From Rhynchopus sp. YZ270_cl-10 (taxonomy: Eukaryota), in the NCBI GenBank assembly GCA_964035575.1, contig OZ037843.1, positions 806,001-870,000 of the forward strand: DNA of 64,000 nt. Direction: 5' to 3'. Below are positions 11,669 to 23,356 of this stretch, piece after piece. Under the pieces are notes generated by a model. That model had not been told where the DNA came from and made no database searches. It saw only the letters and a list, made by a program, of their open reading frames with translations. Position 1 is the stretch's first letter. The number at the start of each line of letters is the position of its first letter. A program made the translations under genes and the position numbers.

Positions 11669-14287
11669 ATGGTGTCCTGCGGGATCCAGTCGCTGACAAT
11701 ACTGCTGTGTGTGGTGCTGATTCTGTCGACAGGTGCGATCGTCGGTGGCTTTACTCTGTCGACATGGCATGACCTTCTGGAGAAGGCACGTGACACAGGT
11801 GACGAGGGCTTCGGGATGTGTCTCAACAGTGGCACGGCGGACATCGAAACGGTCTCGGCACGCTACCTGCGCTCCGTTCTTGGCAGTGTGGAAACGGCAG
11901 TGAAGGAGTACCTGAGGGTGCCTGAACAGCTTGTAGTCTCGCTGGCCAACCTTGCGAAGGCACACCACCCAAACGTGAGCACGAGCCCTGCCTTTTCGAC
12001 TTCAGTGTTGCGTCCTGCAATCATGTCTGCTTATAAGGCCGGGAAGATGGCTGGGGTCGACTATATCTCGCTAGAAACGTACCCGTGGTGCAGTGCACAC
12101 CCCTTTCATTGGAAGAGGGGTGACGGGTTTGCAGGGTGGGGCTCGCGGATAGGGTTCAGGGACGTAAACGCTGCGAGCGGTGTCACACCTGCGAACGGCA
12201 GCATGGTGGTGCTGGTGTACGAGCAAGTGGACCTTGCGACGCTGGCGCCAGGGAGGGGGGACTGGGCTATCTATACGGAAAGCGGCAACGTGGGCCAAAT
12301 CAAGTTCCCGAACGAGCCGTGCAACCACATGCCTGACTACAACAAGGGGGAGGTACGTGGGCTGTGCGTCTACCCTATGGCGATGATGGAACCGGTGGAT
12401 TCGCGAAATAGCGAGCTACGTGGGAGGGTGCTGTACAACATAGAGGACAGCGCACCAGATCTCTACCCGGCGGAAACGCTTGTCTATGATTCGCTGGTGA
12501 TGCTGTGGGACTTCATGTCGTATGAGCTCACCTACACCTTCACCCACCCAGATATGTACACGATGCGCCCCAAGCAGGGCAAACGTGTGGGTTCTGTCAA
12601 TGCCATCCTCACTTCGCACGGCATCGTCGATGCAGTGCGTGCACAGCTGCTCCCGAAGGACGCGTCGCTGTACATGGTGGAGTGGGTGCGTGCAACAGGT
12701 GAAGTGGGGGAACTTGTGGCGTACAACAGAGGACGGCAGCTGCAGTACGTGTGGCGCATGGGAGGTCTGGGTGTTGAGACTTTCATGGCAGCCAGCTTCA
12801 ACATAACGAACCACTCGATGGAAGACGCGACGTCGCACATCCCCTCAGTGATTGCAGAGCACGGGCGGTTTGTGTTCACACACCCGCAGAACTACAAAGA
12901 CCTTGTGGAGAAGACAGAGGACTCCTTCCTGAAGTGGTCTGACTCGAACGGCACGGAGTTCTGGACAATCACGTCGACAATTGAACACAGAACGATTGCG
13001 TGGTACGCGAACCTTCTGGTACCAAGGGAGTCTGTGATGGATACGATTGATGCGTCGACGAATGCGATCCGTGCGAAGGTGGCATCAGATCTGTCCTCTG
13101 CAGACGCACAGAAGGAGGATGCGGTGATTGTGATGGCGATTGTGACGGCTGTTGCGGTCATCGGACTTCTTGCCGTTGCTGTTGTGTTCACACGCTACAT
13201 CACGTCACCTCTGCTGAAGCTTGGGAATGAGATGGCAAGTGTGGCTGTGATGGACCTGGAGGCTGTGGACACGGGCCGTGCAGTGTCGCAGCTGAGTGAA
13301 GTGGGGATGATGCAGCGCAGCTTTGTTACCATGGTGGCGAACCTGGTGGAGTACCGGAACTACATGCCGCAGAGTGTGCTTATCAATGAGAGTCAGGAGG
13401 AGGAAGAACCCACAGAATCAGCCGAGTCCACGTGGAAGTCCCAATCAAAGGGGGGGTCTGTTGCCTCATCACATTGCACGCCCAGCTCAGAGGTGGTGCA
13501 GAACCAGAAGGCACTGCTGCGTGTGGAAGGGATGAAGAAGAAGAAGGTTTCGCTGGCACACATGAACGTCTTGTCGTGGCACGCCTTCTGCAAGAAGCAC
13601 AAGAACGCAGAGGTGCTCTCCACACACGGTGGTGTAATTGAGAGGATCCTGGCAGCAGTGCAGCACAACAAGGGTGTGTGCGACACGTTTTCTGGCGACA
13701 AGATACTTGCCACCTTCAACGCCTTTGTTCCGAAGCCCTCGCACAGTGTTGCCTGTGTGAAGGCTGCACACGAAGTGGCAACAGAACTTGGTGATGTGCA
13801 CAAGATCTCGTATGGGTGCACGTCAGGCGAGGCACGTGTCGGGAACATGGGTTGCAACGGGATGAAGAAGGTGTCGATTCTTTCGCGGTCCATGTCGTGG
13901 GTGGTTGTGCTTGAGCGTTGGAACAAGAAGGAGAACCTGCCTGGTGTCATCGACCGCAACGTGTCACGTGAGGTGGAGGGACAGGTGGTGCTCCGTTGTG
14001 CAGGTGCTGTGTTGTATCAGAAGTTCCATGAGAAGGTGCAGACTGTGTTTGCTGTGAAGGGTCTGTGCAGCAGCGAAAACGAGGAATGGATGTACCTGCT
14101 GGCGTCGTCCTCAAACAACCCGCACGCACTGTGGAACGAGGTCTTCGAGCACATCATCAAGCAGGACTTTGAGAAGGCGTCTTCTCTGCTGGACAGCGTC
14201 GCTCAAGACCAACGCACACCTTACGAAGAGCTTATGGGCTATGTGCGGGAGAAGGCTTATGCACCGTTCGTTGTGGTCATGCACTGA
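11669..14287 (+). CDS. Receptor-type class III cyclase-like protein, copy 2 (tandem duplicate)
   Basis: Near-identical to 7581-10199, with the 3' flank also duplicated (10200-10670 vs 14288-14794). Confidence 0.85.
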   Translation: MVSCGIQSLTILLCVVLILSTGAIVGGFTLSTWHDLLEKARDTGDEGFGMCLNSGTADIETVSARYLRSVLGSVETAVKEYLRVPEQLVVSLANLAKAHHPNVSTSPAFSTSVLRPAIMSAYKAGKMAGVDYISLETYPWCSAHPFHWKRGDGFAGWGSRIGFRDVNAASGVTPANGSMVVLVYEQVDLATLAPGRGDWAIYTESGNVGQIKFPNEPCNHMPDYNKGEVRGLCVYPMAMMEPVDSRNSELRGRVLYNIEDSAPDLYPAETLVYDSLVMLWDFMSYELTYTFTHPDMYTMRPKQGKRVGSVNAILTSHGIVDAVRAQLLPKDASLYMVEWVRATGEVGELVAYNRGRQLQYVWRMGGLGVETFMAASFNITNHSMEDATSHIPSVIAEHGRFVFTHPQNYKDLVEKTEDSFLKWSDSNGTEFWTITSTIEHRTIAWYANLLVPRESVMDTIDASTNAIRAKVASDLSSADAQKEDAVIVMAIVTAVAVIGLLAVAVVFTRYITSPLLKLGNEMASVAVMDLEAVDTGRAVSQLSEVGMMQRSFVTMVANLVEYRNYMPQSVLINESQEEEEPTESAESTWKSQSKGGSVASSHCTPSSEVVQNQKALLRVEGMKKKKVSLAHMNVLSWHAFCKKHKNAEVLSTHGGVIERILAAVQHNKGVCDTFSGDKILATFNAFVPKPSHSVACVKAAHEVATELGDVHKISYGCTSGEARVGNMGCNGMKKVSILSRSMSWVVVLERWNKKENLPGVIDRNVSREVEGQVVLRCAGAVLYQKFHEKVQTVFAVKGLCSSENEEWMYLLASSSNNPHALWNEVFEHIIKQDFEKASSLLDSVAQDQRTPYEELMGYVREKAYAPFVVVMH

Positions 14288-14794
14288 GGTAGCTTGTTAT
14301 TGGTATCGCTCTTGACGCTCATGTTTTCGTCTTTGAGCGAAACCATGTTTGTGTCGTGTATGTTATTTTCCGTGCAACGCGGGTGATGCAGGTGCAGGTG
14401 TCTTGCCACCCCTTTATCTTACGCTGTTTGTGCGAAGTGTCTTTACAGTCACTACTCTCAAGCACAAGCAATATTTGTTGAGGCAAAACGGTACAGCGCA
14501 GGCACGTACTGTATTAAGAAACTAGACAAAAAAGAAGGCCAACGTTCAGATCTTGTATAACAGTGTTTCCCCTTTGAATTCTTTCTCCTTGCGCCAGATT
14601 TTTTACCCCTATTTGGCTGCGTTCAACGAAAAACACTGTTATATTTGCTATCAAGATCAGTTGGCGGATGATATTGTCTAGTTTTGTTGTGTACGATGCT
14701 TCATGCAATGCCTGCAATGGTGCTTGTTTTTTAAAGCTGCGTGTGCACGAGAGAGGCACATTCATCTTTCAAGGATTCTTTGTTTTGTGTTTTT

Positions 14795-15122
14795 GAGGTG
14801 ATCCAGCGCACACTTTTCCACACTTTTTCACACCGTGAAAACATGTGAAAATAAGTGAAAACGTGTGAAACCAAGGTGAAAATGTGTGAAATCAAGTGAA
14901 AACATGTGAAACCAAGTGAAAATGTGTGAAACCGTGTGAAAACACCAAGTTTTTTTTCTGGAGGAATCCACTCAGAGTGCGTGAAGCAGTTTTTTTTTCA
15001 CTTTCGTACACACTTTTTCACACCGTGAAACCATGTGAAAATGTGTGAAACCATGTGAAAATGTGTGAAAATGTGTGAAACCAAGTGAAAATGTGTGAAA
15101 AAGCGTGAGACTGGATCACCTC
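14795..15122. mobile_element. MITE with GAGGTGATCCAG TIRs and GTGAAA internal repeats
   Basis: GAGGTGATCCAG ... CTGGATCACCTC; absent from the paralogous flank at ~10670. Confidence 0.8.
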
Positions 15123-15154
15123 ATTTTTTTTTTTTTTTTTTTTTTTTGCAAAAT

Positions 15155-16053
15155 CAGGGTTTCCGCCAGGATTTGGGGTTTCAGAAATCGGGGTGTACCA
15201 TGAAAACGACCCCCAAAAAAAAATTTTTCTCCCCGAAAAAGCGGTCGTCGCGCGCTTCGCGCGCGCCTCCCTGGCAGACACAGGTAAGAGGTGAAGCGTG
15301 CGGGGGGGTGCTACAAAAATTTTTTTTTGGGAAGGGTTGAAAGGGCAGAGGGAGGCGCGAGATACACGCACTACCGGTTGAGGTGTCACTTCCACTGGCC
15401 GTATCGCCTCGTCAACCGTGGGAGGGGTCTCCTTCTTGACCAAGAGAAGTCGGCTCTGCCGCAGCTTTGGCACAACTTTTGGGTTTTAGCACCAGGCTTT
15501 TTAGCACCAGCTTTGACAACAACCATGTTAAGCTTCACAGCTGTGTTGTCTGGTAGAGGTGGTTCGTTTGGAAGTCGGGGGTGGAAGCTTAACAAGGTAA
15601 AGGAGTCTTGTGAGAGGGTGATGGCATTTGCTTTTTCATTGCATGGCGCTACACAGTGATTACAGTGCTGCGGAACATGTAATAGAAAGTGAATGCACTC
15701 GTCGCTTGCACCGAGGCCTCCTTTAAAAAAGGAGGCAACACACAGAAGTGTCAATGATAATATAGCAACATCAAATAGCCAGCAACACAGCGCCGCAGGC
15801 GCACGGTACGCTACTTTTTTTTCTTTCCCCCCTAGATTTTACCCCTTTTCTTCCACTTCTTTTGACACAGCGAGCCAAACACTCTGCACGGTGGGGTCAC
15901 ATGACCACGGGGGGTCATCGACAACCTCTAAAACCCCATTTTTCTCGGGGTGTACTTTGGTACACCCCGAATCCCTGTAAAAATCCAAATTTTTCCGGGA
16001 AAAATATTGGGGTGTACCAAAGTACACCCCGGTACACCTTGGCGGAAACTCTG
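15155..16053. mobile_element. Non-autonomous hAT-like element with 5 bp TSD
   Basis: TIR CAGGGTTTCCGCCA / TGGCGGAAACTCTG; TSD AAAAT at 15150-15154 and 16054-16058; empty site GCAAAATCTCCGC at 10693-10705. Confidence 0.88.
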
Positions 16054-16290
16054 AAAATCTCCGCTTATCTGACCTCCCCCCGCACAATTTTGTTGCGCTG
16101 TGCCTCAGGTTTTATTTGAGTCATACTTTTTCTAAACCCCGCCTTATTTTTTTCAAAAATAAAATAAACTAAAAAAGGCAGCACCGATCTCCTACCCCTT
16201 TTACCGAAACTAAAAAATGCCCCCACCAAAAATAAAGATATCGCTCAGATCTGACACATAACAATACAGCTACAGCTTTGACTCGCTTTG

Positions 16291-18360
16291 ATGGGGTATT
16301 TTGAATGGGCACTGTCCCTCGACGGGACCCTCGGGGCGAGGGAGCAGAAACAGCGGAGTCTTTTGTTCTATATGGCAGTCTTGGGTGCGGTGTTCACGAA
16401 CCTCGATTATGTGTTTACGTTGGCGCGGCGGAAGGACCGGCCTGCGAACCTCCTGAGCGGGGCGTGCATGACGGTCGGGTGTTTGATCATAATTGCCTGC
16501 ATTCTGTGCAAACGCAGGCTCACTACAGCGGTTGTTGTCGGGGCAATTTACTTCCTGTCGTTTAGTGTGTTTCTTTGGGACCTGGAGGCCCGGATGGTGG
16601 CGTCGTTCAACTGGCCGTTGGTTGTGCTGATGGTTGACGTACTGCTTGTGATGCAGGTTCCCGCGAGGTACAGTACGGGGTTGGTGTGCTTTACTGTGGT
16701 GTGGTTGGTGTTCATGGCGTGTGAAGAATGCCTGCGGTTTGGGTTGTTTGACCTGCCCGGGTTGTTTCCGCAAGAAGGTGAGTTTGGCCGAAAGGAGCAT
16801 TGGCGGAAGCGTGTTGAGTGTGAGACGCTTCCCTGCGCAGTCGACTTCCCACCTGAAACACTTGCCACCAGTCTCAGTGTCTTTGTGATGGACTTCGTCG
16901 CGACGCGAGGCTTTGCGCGTGAAGTGCTGAAAGAGCAGGAAGCCATGCAGCGGACCATAGCAACAGTGCAGGACATCGCCTCGCTCCTGGCTGGGTACGA
17001 CGTGGAAGGCGTGGCACGCATGCTGGAGGCGCAAGAGACGTTGCTCCCAGAGGAGATGCGCGCAACGCTGCAGACGTTGGAGGAGAACCTGCGGAAGTAC
17101 CGTCCCTACCTCCCTGCTGCGCTGTTTGAGGAAGATGAGGTGGACGGTGTGCAGCACACATCTGTGGCACCACCTGGGCTCGAGAGTGGGACAGCAACGA
17201 TTGTGTTCACAGACATCCGTGCGTCGACGTCGATATGGGAGTGTGCACCGGATGGGATGCGTGCTGGGTTGAAGATACACAACCGCGTGATGCGTGAGGT
17301 GATGCAGATGTTTGGTGGGTACGAGGTGAAGACGATAGGTGACGCCTTCATGATTGCCTTCGAGACAACAGCAGACGGAGTCAACTTTGCTCTGCAGGTG
17401 CAAGAGAAGCTGCTCGCAGCAGACTGGCCTGCGTCGCTGCTTGAGGATGCACCCATCTGCGCACCACAAGACTCTCTGTGGGGTGGCCTCACTGTGCGCA
17501 TTGGTGTCAACACCGGCCCTGTCGCGATCGAACAGAACACACTCACTGGACGGACAGACTACTTCGGACACACTGTCAACGTTGCGTCACGACTTGAGAG
17601 CACATGCACACCTGGAGCTGTTGCTGTGCCCTCTGACCTGTGGACGTCTGACTGTTGTACGTGCAGTGCTGTTGTGGGTCAGTCGGAAGCACTTGACCTG
17701 AAGGGTGTGAGCGATAAGATGTTTGTGTGTCCTGTGTGGCCTGTGTCGCTTTGGGGGCGCAACAAAGTCTGCTTACACATACCCAAGGCTGTCAACAAGA
17801 GACACGCACCAGAGCTGTGCGAGTCAATTTCTCATTCCGAATCTGCTGTGCTGCAGGTCACACGTAGCACCTCTGTCACCATCGGCACTGCAGACCTTGC
17901 CCTAGGTGATGGTGGCGCCAATTCCCTACATGAGGTCAACTGCGCACTCTCCACACTGACTGTTGCACTGGACCAGAGTGGCGGCAGCCTGGTGACGCTG
18001 CTTGGCAGCCGTGTCTGCGTGTCGTGGAACGTGACCCGCTCTGCCCCTGCACACATGGAGAACGCGATCCGCTTTGCACAGCGCATGAGTGGTGCGACCT
18101 TGGAAGGTGCAGGGCTTGCAAGCGGGCCTGTGCAGCATGGTGATGTGGGGGCACGCAGGCAGCGCTTTGTGACGGTGATGGGGACAACTGTGCGCCGGAG
18201 CTGGACGCTGTGCGAAGAGGCTGTGCGCGACGGTGTGGTGTGTCTGTTTGAGCCTCCCGAGGGCACAACACTGCCGACTGCACTGGAACAGGTTCTATCG
18301 GAGCACAAGACAAGCTACAATATTTACAGGGTGCTTTCCAGCACCCGAAACGCATCCTGA
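16291..18360 (+). CDS. Multi-TM class III adenylate cyclase with one intact and one degenerate cyclase domain
   Basis: Several hydrophobic helices, then TIVFTDIRAST, EVKTIGDAFM, VRIGVNTG, DYFGHTVNVASRLES; second degenerate domain (GPVQHGDVG). Confidence 0.92.
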   Translation: MGYFEWALSLDGTLGAREQKQRSLLFYMAVLGAVFTNLDYVFTLARRKDRPANLLSGACMTVGCLIIIACILCKRRLTTAVVVGAIYFLSFSVFLWDLEARMVASFNWPLVVLMVDVLLVMQVPARYSTGLVCFTVVWLVFMACEECLRFGLFDLPGLFPQEGEFGRKEHWRKRVECETLPCAVDFPPETLATSLSVFVMDFVATRGFAREVLKEQEAMQRTIATVQDIASLLAGYDVEGVARMLEAQETLLPEEMRATLQTLEENLRKYRPYLPAALFEEDEVDGVQHTSVAPPGLESGTATIVFTDIRASTSIWECAPDGMRAGLKIHNRVMREVMQMFGGYEVKTIGDAFMIAFETTADGVNFALQVQEKLLAADWPASLLEDAPICAPQDSLWGGLTVRIGVNTGPVAIEQNTLTGRTDYFGHTVNVASRLESTCTPGAVAVPSDLWTSDCCTCSAVVGQSEALDLKGVSDKMFVCPVWPVSLWGRNKVCLHIPKAVNKRHAPELCESISHSESAVLQVTRSTSVTIGTADLALGDGGANSLHEVNCALSTLTVALDQSGGSLVTLLGSRVCVSWNVTRSAPAHMENAIRFAQRMSGATLEGAGLASGPVQHGDVGARRQRFVTVMGTTVRRSWTLCEEAVRDGVVCLFEPPEGTTLPTALEQVLSEHKTSYNIYRVLSSTRNAS

Positions 18361-18856
18361 ATGCCTCCGCACTTTCTCAAGGCGAGAGAAATCCGGGATT
18401 CCAACAGCCCTATTTCTGACTAAAAGATGGGGGCTCTATGAATAATTTGTAATAAACACGGTTTGGTGGCGATCACGAAAAAAAAATGCATATTGGGCTT
18501 TGAATTTAGCGCAGTTTTGAACACTATAGTCATTGTAGTATCCACAGAGGTATATGGTGCAGTGGAGGCCACAGAAACGGCAGAGTTCCCTCTGCCTGTG
18601 GACTCGCCTTTTCGATCAGCACGTTTTGAGAGCCATGTGTTCGCCTCCAAGAACGCAACATCCATGAAACACACAAAAAGCTTTTTTATGCCCCCCCCCC
18701 TCGTTTTTGATTTCACCGTTGCATTTTTTTTTTGTACCATATCTCTTAATCTCTCACCAGCATTACACATATATTCGCCTAGATAGCTTGGGTCAGGTGT
18801 GTGGCCCTGGTTGCAGTTTGCCTTTTTTTTTCGCACCTACACGACGGGTGTCAGCA

Positions 18857-20596
18857 ATGCGCTGTCTAGACAGTATACTGTCGCTGGATGGGACACTCGA
18901 CAGCAGAGGCAGACAGAAGCGGTCGTTGTTCTTGGCCATGAACTTTGCGGCCTTTGTAATGCAGGCCACTGCTGGTTACAACGCCTGGCTAGACCCACAC
19001 GGTGCGTACTTCTACACAGTCGCGATTTTGATAGTGGGCTGTGTCTCCCTGGCGGCCATGGCAATGGTTCTGTGCAAGATCAACCTTACGACACAGACCA
19101 TCTTGGTGCTTGCCTGTGTGTACACCGTCCTGGCCATGCTGATTGATATCACTGCGCGAGCTGCAGGGGAAACCATGTGGCCTGTGCTCGTGATCATTGT
19201 GGACTTCCTTCTTGTGATGGAAGTGCCCACATGCTACAGTACAGGTGTCGTCTGTGTTGCAGTTGTGTACTTCGTCGTGATGGGGGTTGAGGGGATGGTC
19301 AGGTTTGGGCTGCTTGACGTGCCTGGTATCATGCCGCAGGAGGAGCGTGTCGCGTTCATGACGGAGGCGTTGCGCTGCTCAGACGTGCCCTGTGCGTCGA
19401 GCATCCTGAGCTATGACATCGTTGCTGTGATGGTGTTCATAACGGACTTCCTCGCAACGCGAGGCTTTGCACGTGGTCTCCTGAAGGAGAAGGAGTCAAT
19501 GCAGCGCACAGTTGCGACAGTGCAGGACATCGCCTCGCTCCTTGCTGGCTACGACGTGGAGAAGGTGGCGGAGCTGCTGGAGGAGCACGGTGGTGAGCTG
19601 CCTGACGGGATGACAGCGGCACTGCGCGCACTGGAGCAGAACCTGCGTGTGTACAAGGCGTACCTCCCGCAGACGTGTCTGCCGTTTGAACTGTTTGCAA
19701 CTGAGAAGGAATGCGTTCTCTCCGGCAGAGAGCGCTCTCTGAGCATCATTCAAAGTGAGAAGTCCGAATCCATGTCAAGTGTGTGCGCCTTCGGAGTGAA
19801 CTGCACCTCTGTGCGAGCCCAGCAGTTAGGCCTCACGTCTTTGAAGGGAACACTGCTGACGCTGAACATCAAAGACACCCTGCACCGCCTGGAGGAGGAC
19901 AGTGCACGCTTCTCCGACCTCTTCACAACTGTTCTTCTGAAGACCCTGCAGGCAACAGACAGCAGACGTGGGATGGTGGACGTCTTTGTTGGGGACAGGA
20001 TCCACTGCTCGTTCAACGCGTCGAAGCAGTGTGCGTCGCACGCAACCTCAGCACTGCACGCAGCCACCCTGCTCATCAGAGGTGGTGCCACCTTGTATGC
20101 GAACATGGGTGTTGCGACGGGACTATTGTTCCGTGGTGACATGGGCTGCGAAGTGATGCGCCGCTTCAGCATGGTGGGGACACTTGTGCGTGACGTGCAC
20201 GGGATGGAACGTGCAGGACGTATGCTGGGGTGCGACGTTCTCTGCAACCGTCTTTGCTTCAGCGACGCTGAGTGCGAACACGACCTGCGTCTGCTTCCGT
20301 GCAAGGTGGAGGTTGCCCAAGACTGCGAACCTGAGGTTGTGGCTGAGCTGGTGACGAACGAACAAGACGCCGTGGATGTAGCTGACGAATGGATGTACCA
20401 GATAGGCGGGAAGAAGCATTGGGGGGAGTACAACACAGTGGTGCGTGGGTACCTGCGTGGTGACAAGCTTGATGTGGATGTTGTGAAGGCCTGGACAGCT
20501 GCGGGAGGGGTTGGCACACCAGCAAATGCAGTTCCTTCCGGGACTTGCTTCGCTGTTGTGTATTGTTATCTCCGGCAGGGTTGTGGGGGTGTATAA
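18857..20596 (+). CDS. Multi-TM protein with degenerate class III cyclase domain
   Basis: TM region homologous to 16291 (LDGTL, WPxxV, RFGLxDxPG, QDIASLLAGYDVE); cyclase-like VFVGDRIHCSFN and DEWMYQI; first metal-binding Asp appears to be Asn (LTLNIKD). Confidence 0.85.
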   Translation: MRCLDSILSLDGTLDSRGRQKRSLFLAMNFAAFVMQATAGYNAWLDPHGAYFYTVAILIVGCVSLAAMAMVLCKINLTTQTILVLACVYTVLAMLIDITARAAGETMWPVLVIIVDFLLVMEVPTCYSTGVVCVAVVYFVVMGVEGMVRFGLLDVPGIMPQEERVAFMTEALRCSDVPCASSILSYDIVAVMVFITDFLATRGFARGLLKEKESMQRTVATVQDIASLLAGYDVEKVAELLEEHGGELPDGMTAALRALEQNLRVYKAYLPQTCLPFELFATEKECVLSGRERSLSIIQSEKSESMSSVCAFGVNCTSVRAQQLGLTSLKGTLLTLNIKDTLHRLEEDSARFSDLFTTVLLKTLQATDSRRGMVDVFVGDRIHCSFNASKQCASHATSALHAATLLIRGGATLYANMGVATGLLFRGDMGCEVMRRFSMVGTLVRDVHGMERAGRMLGCDVLCNRLCFSDAECEHDLRLLPCKVEVAQDCEPEVVAELVTNEQDAVDVADEWMYQIGGKKHWGEYNTVVRGYLRGDKLDVDVVKAWTAAGGVGTPANAVPSGTCFAVVYCYLRQGCGGV

Positions 20597-21113
20597 ATGG
20601 CTCTTTTATGTGCAACTTTGTATTCTTCTTCTTACCACAGAACAACACTCCATCTTTCGACTGAAAATAATATCTTAATCATTCTTTACCACAAAAAGTG
20701 ATTTTCTATGCCTTGGGGACGTGGTGTCAACATCTCAGTCCAAAAGCCTTCTGGCTTTGCGACATCGTGAACAGCGACAGGGGATCGTCGAAACAAACTA
20801 ATTACGGAGCTCATCCTCGCGTCCATACACTGATACAACCAAGTTTTCAAACAAAAAAAGGCAAAAACAAAGACAAAAACAAAAAAAACAAAAACGACTC
20901 CAGTCACGGTATGACCATCGGAGGGGCAAAAACCCCTTGGTGTTTTCAGAAACCCGAAAATCCACCTTAGCATTTGATCCTCCGATGTTTGTACTGCGAC
21001 TGCCAATAAATTCTTTCTTTTCCAAGTCTTTGTCGCCCCTCCCCCTCGCAACCACAGGCCTATCCCCCCCATTCACTTCGAGTTCAGACAACACACACAC
21101 ACACAAAACAAAA

Positions 21114-21613
21114 ATGTTGAGACTGACAAGAAGAGCATTGATGACATGTCCCAGCATGTCCCAGCAGCTTGCACCCTCAACAGCAGTAGGCAAGGTAGCA
21201 CCTCCTTCACACACACACACATCCATTATATAGGGCCATATTCTGCGCAAGCATGACCCCCTATTAGTTAACCGCCACACCCATAGCCGCCTACAAAGAG
21301 AAAATAAACACCCCACAAAAATGCGTGGTGACTATATGTTGTCAATTTATCAATTTGTCAACAAAAAAAAAAACAAAGAAAAATATTCAAACACCCACAG
21401 GACTACGTGCATGTTGAGAGAGAAGCCGACACCACCGCCGACCTGGGTGCCAGAAACGAGGCTGCGTACTTCAACTACGAGCACTTCCAGCCGAAGGACC
21501 TTAAGACCAAGTACGCGATGCCGTCCCTCAACAACCTGATGACCTCTGTCATGCTTGAGGTTGTCTTCATTGCGGGCACCTGCATCGGTGTCGGTGTCCT
21601 GGCATGGGTATGA
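21114..21613 (+). CDS. Small two-exon membrane protein (97 aa) with mitochondrial-type presequence
   Basis: Exon 21114-21194 (MLRLTRRAL...AVGK), intron GTAGC...CACAG 21195-21400, exon 21401-21613 in frame (DYVHVERE...); C-terminal hydrophobic helix. Confidence 0.65.
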
Positions 21614-22206
21614 CACCATACGCGTCCACCCCTTCCACATGCACGACTTTGTTTTAAATAGAAATTTATTTCTTTGTGCCTGCGTCCCAGAGGCGTTTGC
21701 ACTATCAACTTCACTTTCTTTTGCTCATTCTAAAAACCCCCTTACACATATACAACAACCTTGTTATGGGAATCTTGCTATGCTAAATGATGCTACAGTT
21801 GGACAAACAATATTGGCGACCAAAAAAGTCGCCAATTTGCAAGAAAACCCCCAAAATCCGCCAATATTATTTCGCCAAGTTTCTTGTCCAACTGTATCTT
21901 AAACACAGAAGCGCACCTACAAAGTTACTACAGTGAGATACAATACAAAACAAACAAACGTTCAAACACCCCTACAGAACTACTACGCAGCGCAAAAGTA
22001 CGAGGCAGTGCGTCTTGTGCGCCCTGCACCGAAGACAGAGTAAAACACCCCCTTATGATGGCTGCGCAGTGTGCCCACCCCTTTCAGCACTCCCTGCATC
22101 AGTCTCTACAGCCGTTTCCATATTTTTTCTAAGATGAAGGGGGGCTCGGGGTTCCAGCTTGGAACCCACACCGAGAAGCGAGGGGGTGATGTGAGGGGTT
22201 TTTGTC

Positions 22207-22499
22207 GTGATTGGCTGTATTGTGATAAATTGCCCATTCATAATACATAGTACACATCGCAATACAAGCTGTAATGCTATATTATGTATGATGGGCACTC
22301 ATCACAATACAGCCAACCACTAGGGTTTGGTTTTGGGCAGGTTGGGGTGTGAGGAAAGGCAGGTAGGCAGATGGCGTAGTGATTGCTGTATTGTGATCAT
22401 TGCCCTCATGGTAATTTTTAATACACATTACTATACAATATTGTGATGTGTACTATGTATTATGAATGGGACAGTTATCACAATGCAGCCACCACTAGG
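22207..22499. repeat. Two tandem ~120 bp self-complementary units
   Basis: GTGATTGGCTGTATTGTGAT ... ATCACAATACAGCCAACCAC-TAG at 22207-22323 and a variant at ~22377-22499. Confidence 0.65.
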
Positions 22500-23356
22500 G
22501 CGGCGGGGTACGTGAAACAACACGTCGTCCCCCTTCCTCTGTCTCCTGCCTTTCTCCTGAGGATTTTTTTTTTTTTCAAGAATGGAAGGGTGCCAGAGAT
22601 CGGAGGTGAGGAGAATGGAAAATTTTTCTCTATTGTTTTTCGACAAAAAAAAAACTTTTCAAAAAAAAAAATTTTTTTAAAAAAATGCAAACTCAATGAG
22701 GAAAAGATGGGTTAGAGCTCATCCCGATCTGGTCTCCCTCTTTTTTTTTTTTTCTTTTTTTTCTTTTTCCCCTTTCTTGTAATCCTCTCATCAGCACTTT
22801 CAACCTTTTCTTTTTCAAGGTGACTAAGCACACGAGATGCTCAGGATCATCTATTTTTTCTTCTTTTTTTCTTTTTGGGGATATTTTGAAAAGCAATATT
22901 CAAATTATATATTTGTCAAAAAAAGGGGGGGTATTTCCATTTATCCCCCTATCGATTCGAAGCTAAAAAACCATGATTGTGGTTGCGGGAGCTTTTTTTC
23001 CTTCTTTTTTTTGGTAGGGTGTTGTTCTGTTACTATGAGTGGCAGTGTGGGGTGTGGGACGGAGTGTATGGGGGGAAAAGGGGGGAGGAAAAGAAGTTTA
23101 AAGAAGGGGGTAATGAAATAAAATCGAGCCCCCTCCCTACTTCCCCACCCCCCCCTCGGGTTTACCTCCAAAAAAAAAAAGCTTTATCTTACAGTTTTGG
23201 CTTCGCGCTTCAGTTTACGTATTGCACCCCACTGAATGGGTCGTTATTTGTACTGTTCACGAGAGGGATTTTTTTGTCGTATTTCAATTTCTCCCAAAAA
23301 TAAAAAAAAAAATCAAACAAATTTTACTAACTTTTAGGTTGGGGGAAGATTGCATT

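Noticed and set aside
16270..20517. Long antisense ORFs overlapping cyclase genes
   Set aside because: Shadow ORFs expected from GC-rich codon usage on the opposite strand.
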